Assembly: GCF_040938485.1 (NCBI RefSeq)
Contig: NW_027271169.1
Coordinates: 62,001-126,000 of the forward strand
Direction of reading: 5' to 3'
Length of the DNA: 64,000 nucleotides
Source: Diadema antillarum
Taxonomy: Eukaryota
Under the pieces are notes generated by a model. That model did not search any database. It was not told where the DNA came from and worked only from the letters and a program-made list of their open reading frames with translations. The translations under genes were made by a program, and so were the position numbers. Below, piece after piece: positions 38,291 through 49,607 of the stretch. Within the stretch, counting starts at the first letter, position 1. Every line of letters begins with the position of its first letter.

Positions 38291-38637
38291 AGGGGAAGGC
38301 TAGTAACTGATCAGTGGGAATCAGTGGAAATGCTGGGAGATGATTGTTCCAATCCTAATGGGATTCATTCTAGAGTTCATTGTATATCTATTGTTGTGTG
38401 AAAATGATTTGCTTCAGAACGGTCTCATATTCAAGTAATGTGCAGATTAATGCTCCGTCACTGACCAGGGACGCTAACCTGGAAGCATTAAACTGCACAT
38501 TACTTGAATATGAGACCATTCTGAAGCAAATCATTTTCACACAACAATAGATATACAATGAACTCTTGAATGAATCCCGTAAGGATTGGAACAATCATCT
38601 CCCAGCATTTCCACTGATCAGTTACTAGCCTTCCCCT
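38291..38637. mobile_element. Near-perfect palindromic TTAA MITE (347 bp)
   Basis: TTAA|AGGGGAAGGCTAG...CTAGCCTTCCCCT|TTAA; single TTAA empty site in the paralog at 47371-47374. Confidence 0.88.
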
Positions 38638-38808
38638 TTAATCACTGACTCACTGAAGCGTATATATTAGTTTTTATCCTATCGAATTTTCACATTCATT
38701 ATCGATCTCTGTGAAAAAAAAACCCTTGTCACTTGACAAGCTAGCTTTATCACTGACTTTCTAAACACGCCTGTTTATCGTTTTATTTCAGGAATTACAT
38801 TTGACATC

Positions 38809-39918
38809 ATGCCTACGATTAATTCAAGTCTTGATGTCTATGATCCATACTCTGATTCGACTCTGGTCATCAGTAACACGATTCTCGCCTCGATCGTCTG
38901 CCTCATCACCATCGTCGGCGTGCTCGGCAACAGTTTCGTCATCCTGCTCGTCTCCCTGTCCCGCCAGCTCCAGACAGTCACCAACGTCTTTGTAGTGAGT
39001 CTGACCCTTTCCGACCTGATCGGATGCGGCATGCTGAGCCTCGAGGCGGTGGCGCTAACGACGCTTGAGGGATGGCCATTACCTGATTGGGTGTGTCAAA
39101 TGGTGGGCGGGACCTGCCTCATCGCCTTCAAAGCGAGCATCGTCCACCTTGCCTTGATCAGTGTCGATAGATTCATCGTCATCACCCGCCCAAGAATCAA
39201 GTACAAGAAAATATACAGTAGCAGAAATGTGTTTTTCATGGTTTCCTTTGCTTGGCTAAGTCCGCTTTTGGGAATTGTCCTCCCGACAGCTCTAGGGTTT
39301 GGACGCCTAGGGTACAACGCAGATAACCATTTCTGTGCGTTTGATGGAACAAGGCTGCAGCTTAGGATTGTGTACATTATCGAGGAGGTACTCTTTGTTA
39401 CAACTTTCTCCATCATCAGCGCTTGTTATCTGAAAATCTTCATCTACGTCAAGGCCCAGCACCATAATCTTTTAAAGCTTTTCAAGAACAACTCCGGCAA
39501 GTCTACGGTACCAGAGCAGAGCGAGATCAAAATGCGTATGACCATCGATAAACGAGAGATCGAAATTACTAAGAACCTCTTTATCGTAGTTTGCGGGTTT
39601 TTCGCTTGCATTCTTCCCAACACGCTTTGCGTCTTGACGGAGAAATGCTACCTGAAGTATTTCAAATTCACCGCTGTTGTGTACTCCATCAATTCCTGCA
39701 TCAACCCATTCATCTACTGTTTCAAACAGCCACTTTTTCGTCAAATTTCCCTCTGTGTGTTCCGGTGTCGTTGGTCAAAGATTCCCAAACCATCTCCATG
39801 GTTACAGGGCCTAATAGCGAAGAACAAAAAGACAGAAGTGAGGAAAAATGATGACGTATCAAATAATGTGTCTGTGATTTCGACGGGCGAAATCTCAGTG
39901 TCGAAACAAACTACCTAG
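38809..39918 (+). CDS. Class A (rhodopsin-like) orphan GPCR, copy 1, 369 aa
   Basis: Seven TM segments; GN (TM1), LxxxD (TM2), C3.25, DRF, W4.50, CY (TM5), CILP (TM6), NPFIY; intronless CDS; splice acceptor at 38791. Confidence 0.95.
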   Translation: MPTINSSLDVYDPYSDSTLVISNTILASIVCLITIVGVLGNSFVILLVSLSRQLQTVTNVFVVSLTLSDLIGCGMLSLEAVALTTLEGWPLPDWVCQMVGGTCLIAFKASIVHLALISVDRFIVITRPRIKYKKIYSSRNVFFMVSFAWLSPLLGIVLPTALGFGRLGYNADNHFCAFDGTRLQLRIVYIIEEVLFVTTFSIISACYLKIFIYVKAQHHNLLKLFKNNSGKSTVPEQSEIKMRMTIDKREIEITKNLFIVVCGFFACILPNTLCVLTEKCYLKYFKFTAVVYSINSCINPFIYCFKQPLFRQISLCVFRCRWSKIPKPSPWLQGLIAKNKKTEVRKNDDVSNNVSVISTGEISVSKQTT

Positions 39919-42900
39919 ATGCAAGTTTTGGGAAATTATGAATTTTTGAGTCAAAAGTTGTTTTAATCATTTTCGTCACCTCGAAGCACATCTAATTGAA
40001 TATGATTCTGAATAGCCTCATTTAAACCATTGACAATATGATCAAGCAATAATCTGATGGTAAAAAAAAGAGAAAATTTGATGTCGTATATCCCACTTAG
40101 TGATCATACTTTTTTTTAAAAAACATTTTATGTTAAACGTGAGGAAAGGTAAATCCCTGTGAAATAGTTCTCTGAAAAATTATCCAACTTGTAGGATCCA
40201 GCGCATGCTCAGATATGAATGTGAGTACCCTTTCACTTACAGTGTTTGATTTTAATTTGATTTAATTTGTTAAAATTTACACGAACAACTGCGAGTACTG
40301 TGCAATATTTGTAAATTTGACTGTGCTGCTGTTACGGCTTATTCATTGTTACAAGTCAGAAAGAAAAATGCATGTTTTTGTTGTACATGGTATTCATTTT
40401 CACAAGAATGGTGTTTTTTCATTTTATACGGGAACACATTTTCAGGCACAAACCATGTTGAAATTTTCCGATTTCTCTTGTGCAAGTATATTTTCTGAAA
40501 TTTTCTACCAGGCACTCCTAGTTTGATAGCATATTAGACAAAAGCTAGTATGCGAATCTTGTTTATCTGTCGATCTATGAAATTAGCCTTCACAAAAAGC
40601 ACTACTTTCGGTGGTAGGTATGCGTAGTTCTTTCTAGCTTGCTAAGCATTATATTCCTGAACTTACAACAGGGCGAATTAAATTCCCATTTAAGATACTA
40701 GTAGTAAGGGGAAGGTTTTAGTAGTTTTCGTTACTTGACATTTTAGCCTTGTAATCAATTGTTGTTTATCTGTAATATTTCGAGATAGATATGCAAATAC
40801 ATACGTCCAATTGTAGGCGGTAAACCCATGGATATGAATGCACATACATATGAAAGTAGTATAGTTCTCTGAGAAGACGCTCATATACATCATAACTGGA
40901 AACGTGATGTAAACATATTATGTAATCATGGTGATTCATTCGATGTAACTCAAAGACACAAATTCTGTATGTAAATATGTAAAGATAAATACACATGTAA
41001 AATGCCTTTTTTAAAGAAATGAAGGAAATTTATAAGCTCTATTCCTGCAACACCCCTAAATGATGTTGCGTAGTTTGTTTGTTTGTTGTTGGTTGGTGTG
41101 TTTTTTTTTTTTGCCATGTTTGTAGAATCCTAGGGAATTTCAGGATCCCATCTCAGTAACAATGCTATGCAATTCTTGGGGGGGGGGGCGCTTTACTCTT
41201 TCCAGTAGTAGGCTGAAGGACATAAATTCAGGATCGAGTAAAAATGTCTCTGTATTTTCTACCCTGTGGATGGAAACAGTGTTTGGTAGATGCCAGATTG
41301 TAACATTCTCTGATTGTCTTATTTTATTGCGAAAAATGTGGGTGCAATGATTTCAGTAAATTACTCATTCTCTTTGTGTCAGTCGTATTCTTATACTGAA
41401 GAATACAGATACAAATCATAGCTTTGAGGAAGTAAATCTATCATCAATTTGAAGGGGAAACATCATTTTATCTATATTTGTGTCGTTATTTTTCACAACT
41501 CATTAGAATCAAAATTATTACAGTAAATGTAAAGGTTATATCTCATAAACAAAGAATTCACAATATAAAATACATCGACTAATGATTATGTCATTTGAAT
41601 AGAATTCAAATTCTTCAGAAGCGTAAAATAAGAATCATAACAAATTCAAGACCACATTAGTTTTCTACCCTTTGTTTGGAAAGCTGAATCTTTATTTAAA
41701 AAAAAAATGTTTGAAATTAACAAAACGGCACAATGTAGGCCTACACCCGACACTTGACAAGAACGAGGCACGATAATACGCTAGCGGCGGACTGTACATA
41801 ATGCAAACAGGCAGGAAGAAGAAGAACTTTAACTGCGTGTTCATGTATTTTGTATTGTGTATTGTGGAGATGCTCTCTTGTTTTCGATTTTGTAAAACAA
41901 ACAAACAAACAAACAAACAAACAAATATTGAGGTAAATGAGTACTGTACAAGACAGGCGGAAAATAACAAGACATCGAACTTCCAGTTATAAGTTTTCAC
42001 GCGATGCACATTGAGATATTTTGGCTCAACAATGTGGACCAGTCTCCCAAAAACTATTAAGAAAGATGCTTATAAATATGTCTACATGCATTCAAGGGAA
42101 AACATTGTGAATATCATAGTGAATTCATAAAGATGCAATGTAATGATGCTGTTCCTGTAATAGATCCATTAGTATTGATTAAAGTGCTACATTAATCAAT
42201 AGTTTTTGTTTTGTTCTAGTCCCACCTCAAGACACATGATCGTTATCTTTTTTTCATTATCAGTGAGCAGCCTTGACAGGTTATTAGGTTTTGCTTCTTC
42301 TTTGACACTTTGAACCTGCGTCCTGATTTGTAAAATAAATGAAATGAAATGAAAAAGTGAAGGGATGTTTCCCTTTGTGTTGTTGTTGTTGTTTTGTTTT
42401 TTCTTATCAACGCTCTCTGTGCAGGGAATCTAGACTGTATGTGCAACGCTTTAGGGTTTTGTGTCAGCTGGCAGTCCACGCATACAAAAACACGAATTCA
42501 CAAAGGGGGTTTAAATTGAAGAGGGTTTAAATCTAACCATGCATGGTTTTTTTAATCTAAACCATGGACCAACGTGAATCCGGCTCAAAGGGTTTCACCA
42601 TGTCACAAACTTACCATCCAAACCTTAGCATGACAGAAACTCGTGTTACAATAAATACAAGATAAAGATCAGCACAGTATAGTGTTGTGTGTTATGTAAC
42701 CATTCAGTATGTGCAGAAGCCAAACATTCCATTTTTTATGAATAAGATGGAAACATGTGGTTCCGTTCTATCCATAGGAATCACAGGTAGTGCACGTCCA
42801 AGTATGTCACGTCACTTCACTTGAACAGCAGGATGCAAATCTCGTCAACGAATAACAGGGAATTATAAGATACTATATCGCCCAGAATCCGTCATTCCAG

Positions 42901-43358
42901 TCAAGCAGGTTGCTCATCGATACCTTCATAATCGTGTATACAGGTATCACTAAATTTCTTCTAGTAGACCTACTCATTTATATTCTAATGTGAACATCAA
43001 TTATTTGTCGTAGTCATCGTGCACACCTGGAGAAATAAGGCAAACTGAAACTGACACTCAAACTGCAAGCAAAATCATTCGCTGTTTTGAAAAGATGTAT
43101 GTATTTTTATCATTATGAATGATTCAACGTCAACACGATCATGCCGTTCTAAAACGAACAGGTCTTGCCAATAAAAGGGGGAAAAAAAACCTATCCGTGG
43201 ATGTTCAGCGCTTGTCACTGACAGGAATACAGAGATGTAGGCAGAGAAAAGGAAAGGTAGCCAGATAAATTCACCAGCTAAATCAATCACCAGAACGGAT
43301 TCTATACAACAAAACGAGCAGCCAGTACACTTCTGTTTTACTTCAGTTCATCCACTGA

Positions 43359-43611
43359 TGCGCATGCGCGCAGGAGAAGGAGGAGAAGATGTCGTTCCAT
43401 GGCGCAGCTCCATGACGGTCGTTCATTGGACGCAACACGAATTAATTTTGCATGACAGCGAGAATTGTGGAATGGTGTCCAGATATAAGGGACCTGCACA
43501 ACATGCAAAGACGAAGAAGTCCGTGAAACATGAACCGTAGCTTCAGGTTTGATTTCTAGTGAGAATATTATTTCGACTTCCCGGATTACCCTGCTGGGCC
43601 GTCAGGTGAGA
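43359..43611 (+). promoter_or_regulatory. Putative promoter and non-coding exon 1 of GPCR copy 2
   Basis: TGCGCATGCGCG (43359-43370), TATAAG (43484), donor CAG|GTGAGA (43606); acceptor at 47406. Confidence 0.55.
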
Positions 43612-45075
43612 AGAAGACTTTTTAGAATTTAGTGTTCGAGTTTCTTCTTCGTGTTGACCTTTTTTCAGCTAAGGCTAATATCATAATTTGTTTAGTTTTC
43701 TCAATTTGGTTGTATTTTCCCCCTTCCTGACAATGTTCTGTACAAAACTCCCTTGAGAGGGAAGATATATGCAGACCAAACATTAAAAGAGTAATAATGA
43801 TCATCAAGATCGTAATAGGTATTCTGTGTTATGTTAAATCCAGGAACATAAATGTTTGTGTTTCTTTGGTGAAATTACTCAGATTTTCGTCGAAAAAGAT
43901 TTTGTTAAAACGTTGTCCTCGAACTTATACAGATGTGCTCGCCGTGGAGCATAATAATATGTGACGTGTAATGGTTTTTGACTTCCGAGAAAGGTCCAGT
44001 GTTCATTTTTAGGACCCTTTTGTCTTGTGATGATATTCTTTGGCAAAAATGTGCCCTAACTGTCCTTCTTTATTCAGGTGTAGAAATTGGGTGCACAAGA
44101 GTGTTTGGACAATAAAGTAGACATATAAAGGGCCTACCTCTTTAAAATTACATATGTATGGGCATTTATAACCAAAGTGCTAGGGCCCACTGGTTTAATG
44201 TAATAAAAAAATAAAGATTGTCCGAAGGTTAGGAAGACTATGATATCAGGACTTTTTTTCTGGGAAAAAACAAAACAAAAAAACAAACAAGAAGACAGAA
44301 ATTTCATGGCAGTACCTCAAACATTTCAAGCAAGCAAATTACCTCATTGTTTGTCTTCATGTGTCCTCAAAGCTCTGATCCCTTTAAAAGTCACCGGCTT
44401 TTCGAGGTATTAGGTTGTTGCACGAGCAATTTCTGTTAAAACATACAATTTATTCACCAACGTGTTCAATGAGAGACGTTTGCAGCACCCCCTTTTTGCA
44501 CTTGTTTTCTCTTGGAAAAGGCAAACAAAAACATTTTCTTATGTTTTAAGAATGGTATTTCCACTTCCTGGTGAATTTTCAGTCAATCTGAATTGTATTA
44601 TGCTCCGGGTTCTTGCTCTGTGCATTGAAACCCAAATGCAGTGCTGGGGATATTTTTTTTTTTGTCTCCTGTTTTCACAATCTGGGTCCATCATGTACTA
44701 TATAAAGGAGTCTTCTATCATCTGGTTTGATGTGGTCTTTACGTCCGAAAGATCTTTCAAAATTTAATCCCTCGCATATAATGCTGTTGATGATATAACA
44801 ACGATAATATACATGACTTATAATACAACGTGCAACACTCAAATTTTGTCTCGAATTGTATGATATACTACTCGAGAACCCTACAAGTATATTTGTAAAC
44901 TAGAAATTGTACTTTCCGCGGTAGAATGACTGAGGATAGTCACTACTTCTGAAGAATGACTACAATATCATGCAAGGTTTAATATTCAGGCTTTTTTATC
45001 GCTTTTCCCCTTCCTTTTCCGAGCAACTAATGCCTTCGGGCATTTCAACAGAATCAATTGTAATTACACTATCAA

Positions 45076-45122
45076 AAAGAAGAAGAAGAAGAAGAAGAAG
45101 AAGAAGAAGAAGAAGAAGAAAA
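45076..45122. repeat. (AGA)n trinucleotide microsatellite
   Basis: Directly visible; absent from the homologous position in copy 1. Confidence 0.9.
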
Positions 45123-46125
45123 AGAAATAGCCTGATCAACTGGTGCCAGGCACTTTCGTCTCTCTGTGTGTACCTGTCTCAGTTACTCATTGTGGGGCGT
45201 ACCATTATTGAGTAGAAAATTGGCATGAAAATCCGTGGAGGTGTAATCTAAATACCAGGTTTGACCTCTCGACAAGGGTCCTGTTATGTAATATATTCAT
45301 TAAACCTGTATTATAATGCTGGTAGCCTATTATACTCGGTCTCTGTGATAACCAATACAGTGACAACGCTTCCATGACATGTGAGTTTCATTGTTCACCG
45401 CTTTCTTCTGAAGAAGGGGAGTGCACAAAATCAAATAAGTCAATGCATACGTGCAACAAAATGTAGGTAATTCGGGACAACTTACCATGCATTCAAAGTG
45501 TCTCCTGACAAACAAACAAAAAAAGCCACTTTTGAAGTTATTTTCAGAGGTATACTTTAATGAAAGTATAGGTTTCTACATTCTTGAATGAACGAAAGAG
45601 ATCATAAATTCAGAGGATCCAATATGTGCCATGACAGATCTTTTTTTTAGGTGCAATTAACTGTACAAACAATGAAAATTCATGATCGGAACTTTCATAC
45701 ATTACGATGAACAGAAGGTGACAATTGATAAAAAAAAGAAGAAATCTGTCATAGAACATCGACATTCTTGTCTTGCTATGGGATTCAATCCGTAATGCGC
45801 ATTATAGGTCATGACACAAACATTACTGAAGATTAATAATACATGTATTTACAAAAAAAAAAATTATTTGATCATTAATACCATTATATTACATTCAGTT
45901 ACTGTAACCTTGCACAGCTGGATATTGATTCTACCCCCGAGTTGCAATCGTTGCAATCGTTGACCATTAAAAAAAAAACAGAGAAGAGTTGTCAATTGTA
46001 ACTGAGAAAGACATCACAGTAAAAAAGTATAGATTTACAAATCTAAAAAGAAAAGAAATCAACAGAACGGTACTTCCAGTTATGTTCAAATTTTTGACAA
46101 AAAAAACTTGAAGGACTACTTACTA

Positions 46126-47093
46126 GAGCGTGTTTCTACTGAGCGACGAAAATTCGAGGTGATGCCAGCCGATGTGTGGTGATACCGGCCGATGCCGGCC
46201 GATACCGGCCGATGCGTGGTGACACCTCGAATTTTTCCTCAGTAGAAACAGATCTGGTAGTGGCCGATGCCGGCTGATGCGAGGTGCTCCGTCGTCCATC
46301 TATTGAGGTGGTCGATGCGTGGTGACGCGAAGGACGATTCTCAGTAGAAACACACCGGGTAGCGAAATTCGTGGTGTATCGGACGTCTAGAATTTCTCCC
46401 CGCGCTTTTCAATCGGTTCATCGCACACATGTGTACAAAATACGTGTGTACACACAGCGACCGTGTTCGCATCATGCTTTGTTGGTACCAACTCGCCTGT
46501 GTATGTGTTATAGGCCCTATACGTTACGTTACATGTGAATTGTGGCATTCATCGCCTGTTGTTCGCGTGATTAACAGCCTAACTTATTGCATTTCTAAGC
46601 CCTCATCACTTACTTGATTTTACACCGCGTTATTTAATTTTATATTGTCTCGAATCGCGAGAGTACCACATTAGTATGTCGCAGCCTTGAGAAAATCTCA
46701 ACTGGACCCTCGATCTCCAAAGATTTCTCATCAGTCAGTGGCAGGATACCAGTATGTTAGTTCGGGGTATATTGGATGGGAAGACGAAGAGAAATGGTTA
46801 ATCAAAAAATAGCCGACGCAGTTGTAGCAAAGCAAGGAGGTACTAGGCAAGCTTCCTTGAGCAAAGCAGGCAGGGTTCGGATCGTATTAACAGGCAGTGC
46901 GCGCGTGACCCAAATCTGTGACTTAAAAATACCTGACTTCCGGAATCGCCGCATTTGCACGTCACCTTTGCATCACCTCGTATTTTATCGCTCAGTAGAA
47001 ACAGCTCGAATGGTCATAAAATACGAGGTGCTGCGTTGGACAAAATTCGTGGCGATGCCAGGGATGTGAGGTGCTCTCAGTAGAAACACGCTC
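46126..47093. mobile_element. Non-autonomous TIR DNA transposon (Harbinger-like ends, TA-flanked)
   Basis: Perfect TIR GAGCGTGTTTCTACTGAG; internal CTCAGTAGAAAC repeats and 10-bp GGCCGAT(A/G)CC units; absent upstream of GPCR copy 1. Confidence 0.82.
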
Positions 47094-47426
47094 TAAGATA
47101 AAGATACATGTTAAACGAGGAACTCAACACAGCTGACCCACAAACAATATACATGTTAAACGAGGAACTCAACACAGCTGACCCACAAACATAGCCAACC
47201 TATCCCAACAAATTTCCCAGTGCAACTTTATGGTTCTGCGATGCGAGATGATAATCACACTGCGTATATATCAGATTTTCATCCCATCGCAATTTTACAT
47301 TCATTATCAATCTATGTGAAGTAAAAAGAAAAAACAAACACGAAAACAAACACTCACTTGAGAAGCGAGCTTAATCACTGACTTACTGTTTATCGTTTTA
47401 TTTCAGGAATTTACATTTTTGACATC

Positions 47427-48542
47427 ATGCCTACGATTAATTCAAGCCTTGACGGAAGCATTTATGATCCATACTCTGATTCGACCCTGGTCATCAGTAA
47501 CAGGATTCTCGCTTCGATCGTCTGTGTCATCAGTATCGTCGGCGTGCTCGGCAACAGTTTCGTTATCCTGCTCGTCTCCCTGTCCCGCCAGCTCCAGACC
47601 GTCACTAACATCTTCGTGGTCAGTCTGACCACCTCCGACCTGATCGGATGTGGCATGCTCAGCCTCGATGCGGTGGCGCTAACGACGCTTGAGGGATGGC
47701 CGTTGCCTGATTGGGTGTGTCAAATGGTGGGTGGGGTCACCCTCATCGCCTTCAAAGCGAGCATCGTCCACCTTGCCTTGATCAGCGTTGACAGATACAT
47801 CGTTATCACCCGCCCGAGAATGAAGTACAAAGAAATATACAGTAGCAGAAACGTGTTTTTCATGGTCTGCTTCGCCTGGCTAAGTCCGCTTTTGGCAATT
47901 GTCCTCCCGACAGCTCTAGGGTTTGGACGCCTAGGGTACAACGCAGATAACCATTTCTGCGTGTTTGATGGAACGAGGCTGCAGCTGAGGATCGTGTACA
48001 TTATCGAGGAGGTACTCTTTGTTACAACTTTCTCCATCATCAGCGCTTGTTATCTGAAAATCTTCATCTACGTCAAGGCCCAGCACCACAATCTTTTGAA
48101 GCTTTTCAAGAACAACTCCGGCAAGTCTGCGGCACCAGAGCAAAGCGAGATCAAAATGCGTATGACCATCGATAAACGAGAGATCGAAATTACTAAGAAC
48201 CTCTTTATCGTAGTTTGCGGGTTTTTCGTTTGCATCCTTCCCAACACGCTTTGCGTCTTGACGGAGAAATGCTACCTGAAGTACTTCAAATTTACTGCTG
48301 TTGTGTACTCCATCAATTCCTGCATCAACCCATTCATCTACTGTTTCAAGCAAACGCTTTTTCGTCAAATTTCCCTCTGTGTGTTCCGATGTCGGTGGTC
48401 AAAGATCCCTAAACCATCTCCATGGTTACAGGGCCTAATAGCAAAGAACAAAAAGACAGAAGTGATGAAAAATGATGACATACCAAATAATGTGTCTGTA
48501 ATTTCAACTGGCGAACTGTCAATGTCAAAACAAACAACCTAA
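47427..48542 (+). CDS. Class A orphan GPCR, copy 2, 371 aa
   Basis: Same motifs as copy 1 (DRY, CILP, NPFIY); closest paralog of copy 1; acceptor at 47406. Confidence 0.95.
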   Translation: MPTINSSLDGSIYDPYSDSTLVISNRILASIVCVISIVGVLGNSFVILLVSLSRQLQTVTNIFVVSLTTSDLIGCGMLSLDAVALTTLEGWPLPDWVCQMVGGVTLIAFKASIVHLALISVDRYIVITRPRMKYKEIYSSRNVFFMVCFAWLSPLLAIVLPTALGFGRLGYNADNHFCVFDGTRLQLRIVYIIEEVLFVTTFSIISACYLKIFIYVKAQHHNLLKLFKNNSGKSAAPEQSEIKMRMTIDKREIEITKNLFIVVCGFFVCILPNTLCVLTEKCYLKYFKFTAVVYSINSCINPFIYCFKQTLFRQISLCVFRCRWSKIPKPSPWLQGLIAKNKKTEVMKNDDIPNNVSVISTGELSMSKQTT

Positions 48543-49607
48543 ATATAAGTTCGAGAACATTACAAATTTGGGGATGAAAAGCTGTTGTGATTATATCCAT
48601 GAACTAGAAGCACATCTAATTGAATTTGATACTAATTAGACTCATTCAAACTTCAATCAAAAATATGATCAAGCGATAATCTGATGATAAAAGAGAAAAT
48701 TGGATGTTATATGTCCCTATGACGTGATTATATTTTTATTCTGGCTTTGTAATATGTATGTTACACGTTAGAAAGGCTGATAAATTGTCAAACTTGCAGG
48801 ATCCAGAGCATGCTCATGATATAGACGTGAATATCTTTTTTTAATTAAACTTGATGAGAAAGTAAGGTATCAAACTTAGAAAAAAACAAACACTCCACAT
48901 ATCTTTGTCGTCAACCTATCATAAAAATGTCTAGTCTTGTTTAAGTGTTTGATTTTAACTTGATTTAATTTGTTAAACGTTACACGAAGAACTGTAAGGA
49001 GTGTGCAATATTGGTGAAATTGTCTTTGCAAAGCTTATTTATTGTTACGCGTCAGAATTAAATTTGTGGTAGAAAGTAATCATTTTCTCAGGAATAGTGC
49101 TTTTCTCCCTTTTATACGGGAAACCATTATTTTCAGACAATTTTCAAACCATGATGAAATGCCCCGTTTTCTCTTGTGTATGTATATCTTGAAATTTTCT
49201 ACTAGCTTTGATAGCATGTATTATACAAGAGCCAGTTTTCTATCGATCTATGAAATCATTCTTCACAAAAAGCAATACGTTCAAACATTAACACTTTATG
49301 TGAATAATACGTATACCTACTTCTCTCTAGCTTGCTAAGCATAACATATATTCCTGAACTAAACTTGTTTTGGGAACAATCGCTGCAGCAGATATTCCTG
49401 GCGCAGTAAATCATTATTTAATATGGTACGAGAAAGTGCTTAGTAGTTTTCTTTAGATTGACGTCGTAGCCTTGTAATCAATTGTTATTTATCTTCAATA
49501 TTTTAGGATAGATATGTTGATGTATACTTTCAATGTAGATGGTAAACCCACGGACATGAACTTCTGCACATAAAAATGCAATTAAAGTACTTATTAAAGT
49601 TTTCTAA

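Larger units (their letters stand above)
32480..41000. repeat. Tandem duplication unit carrying GPCR copy 1
   Basis: Collinear blocks align with about 42810-52040: 33620-35250 to 43230-44800, 37500-38790 to 44870-47406 (minus insertions), the CDS, and 39960-41000 to 48580-49607 plus 51949-52040. Confidence 0.85.

Noticed and set aside
44970-45215. ORF with a poly-Arg tract
   Set aside because: Translation of an (AGA)n microsatellite that is absent from the paralogous unit
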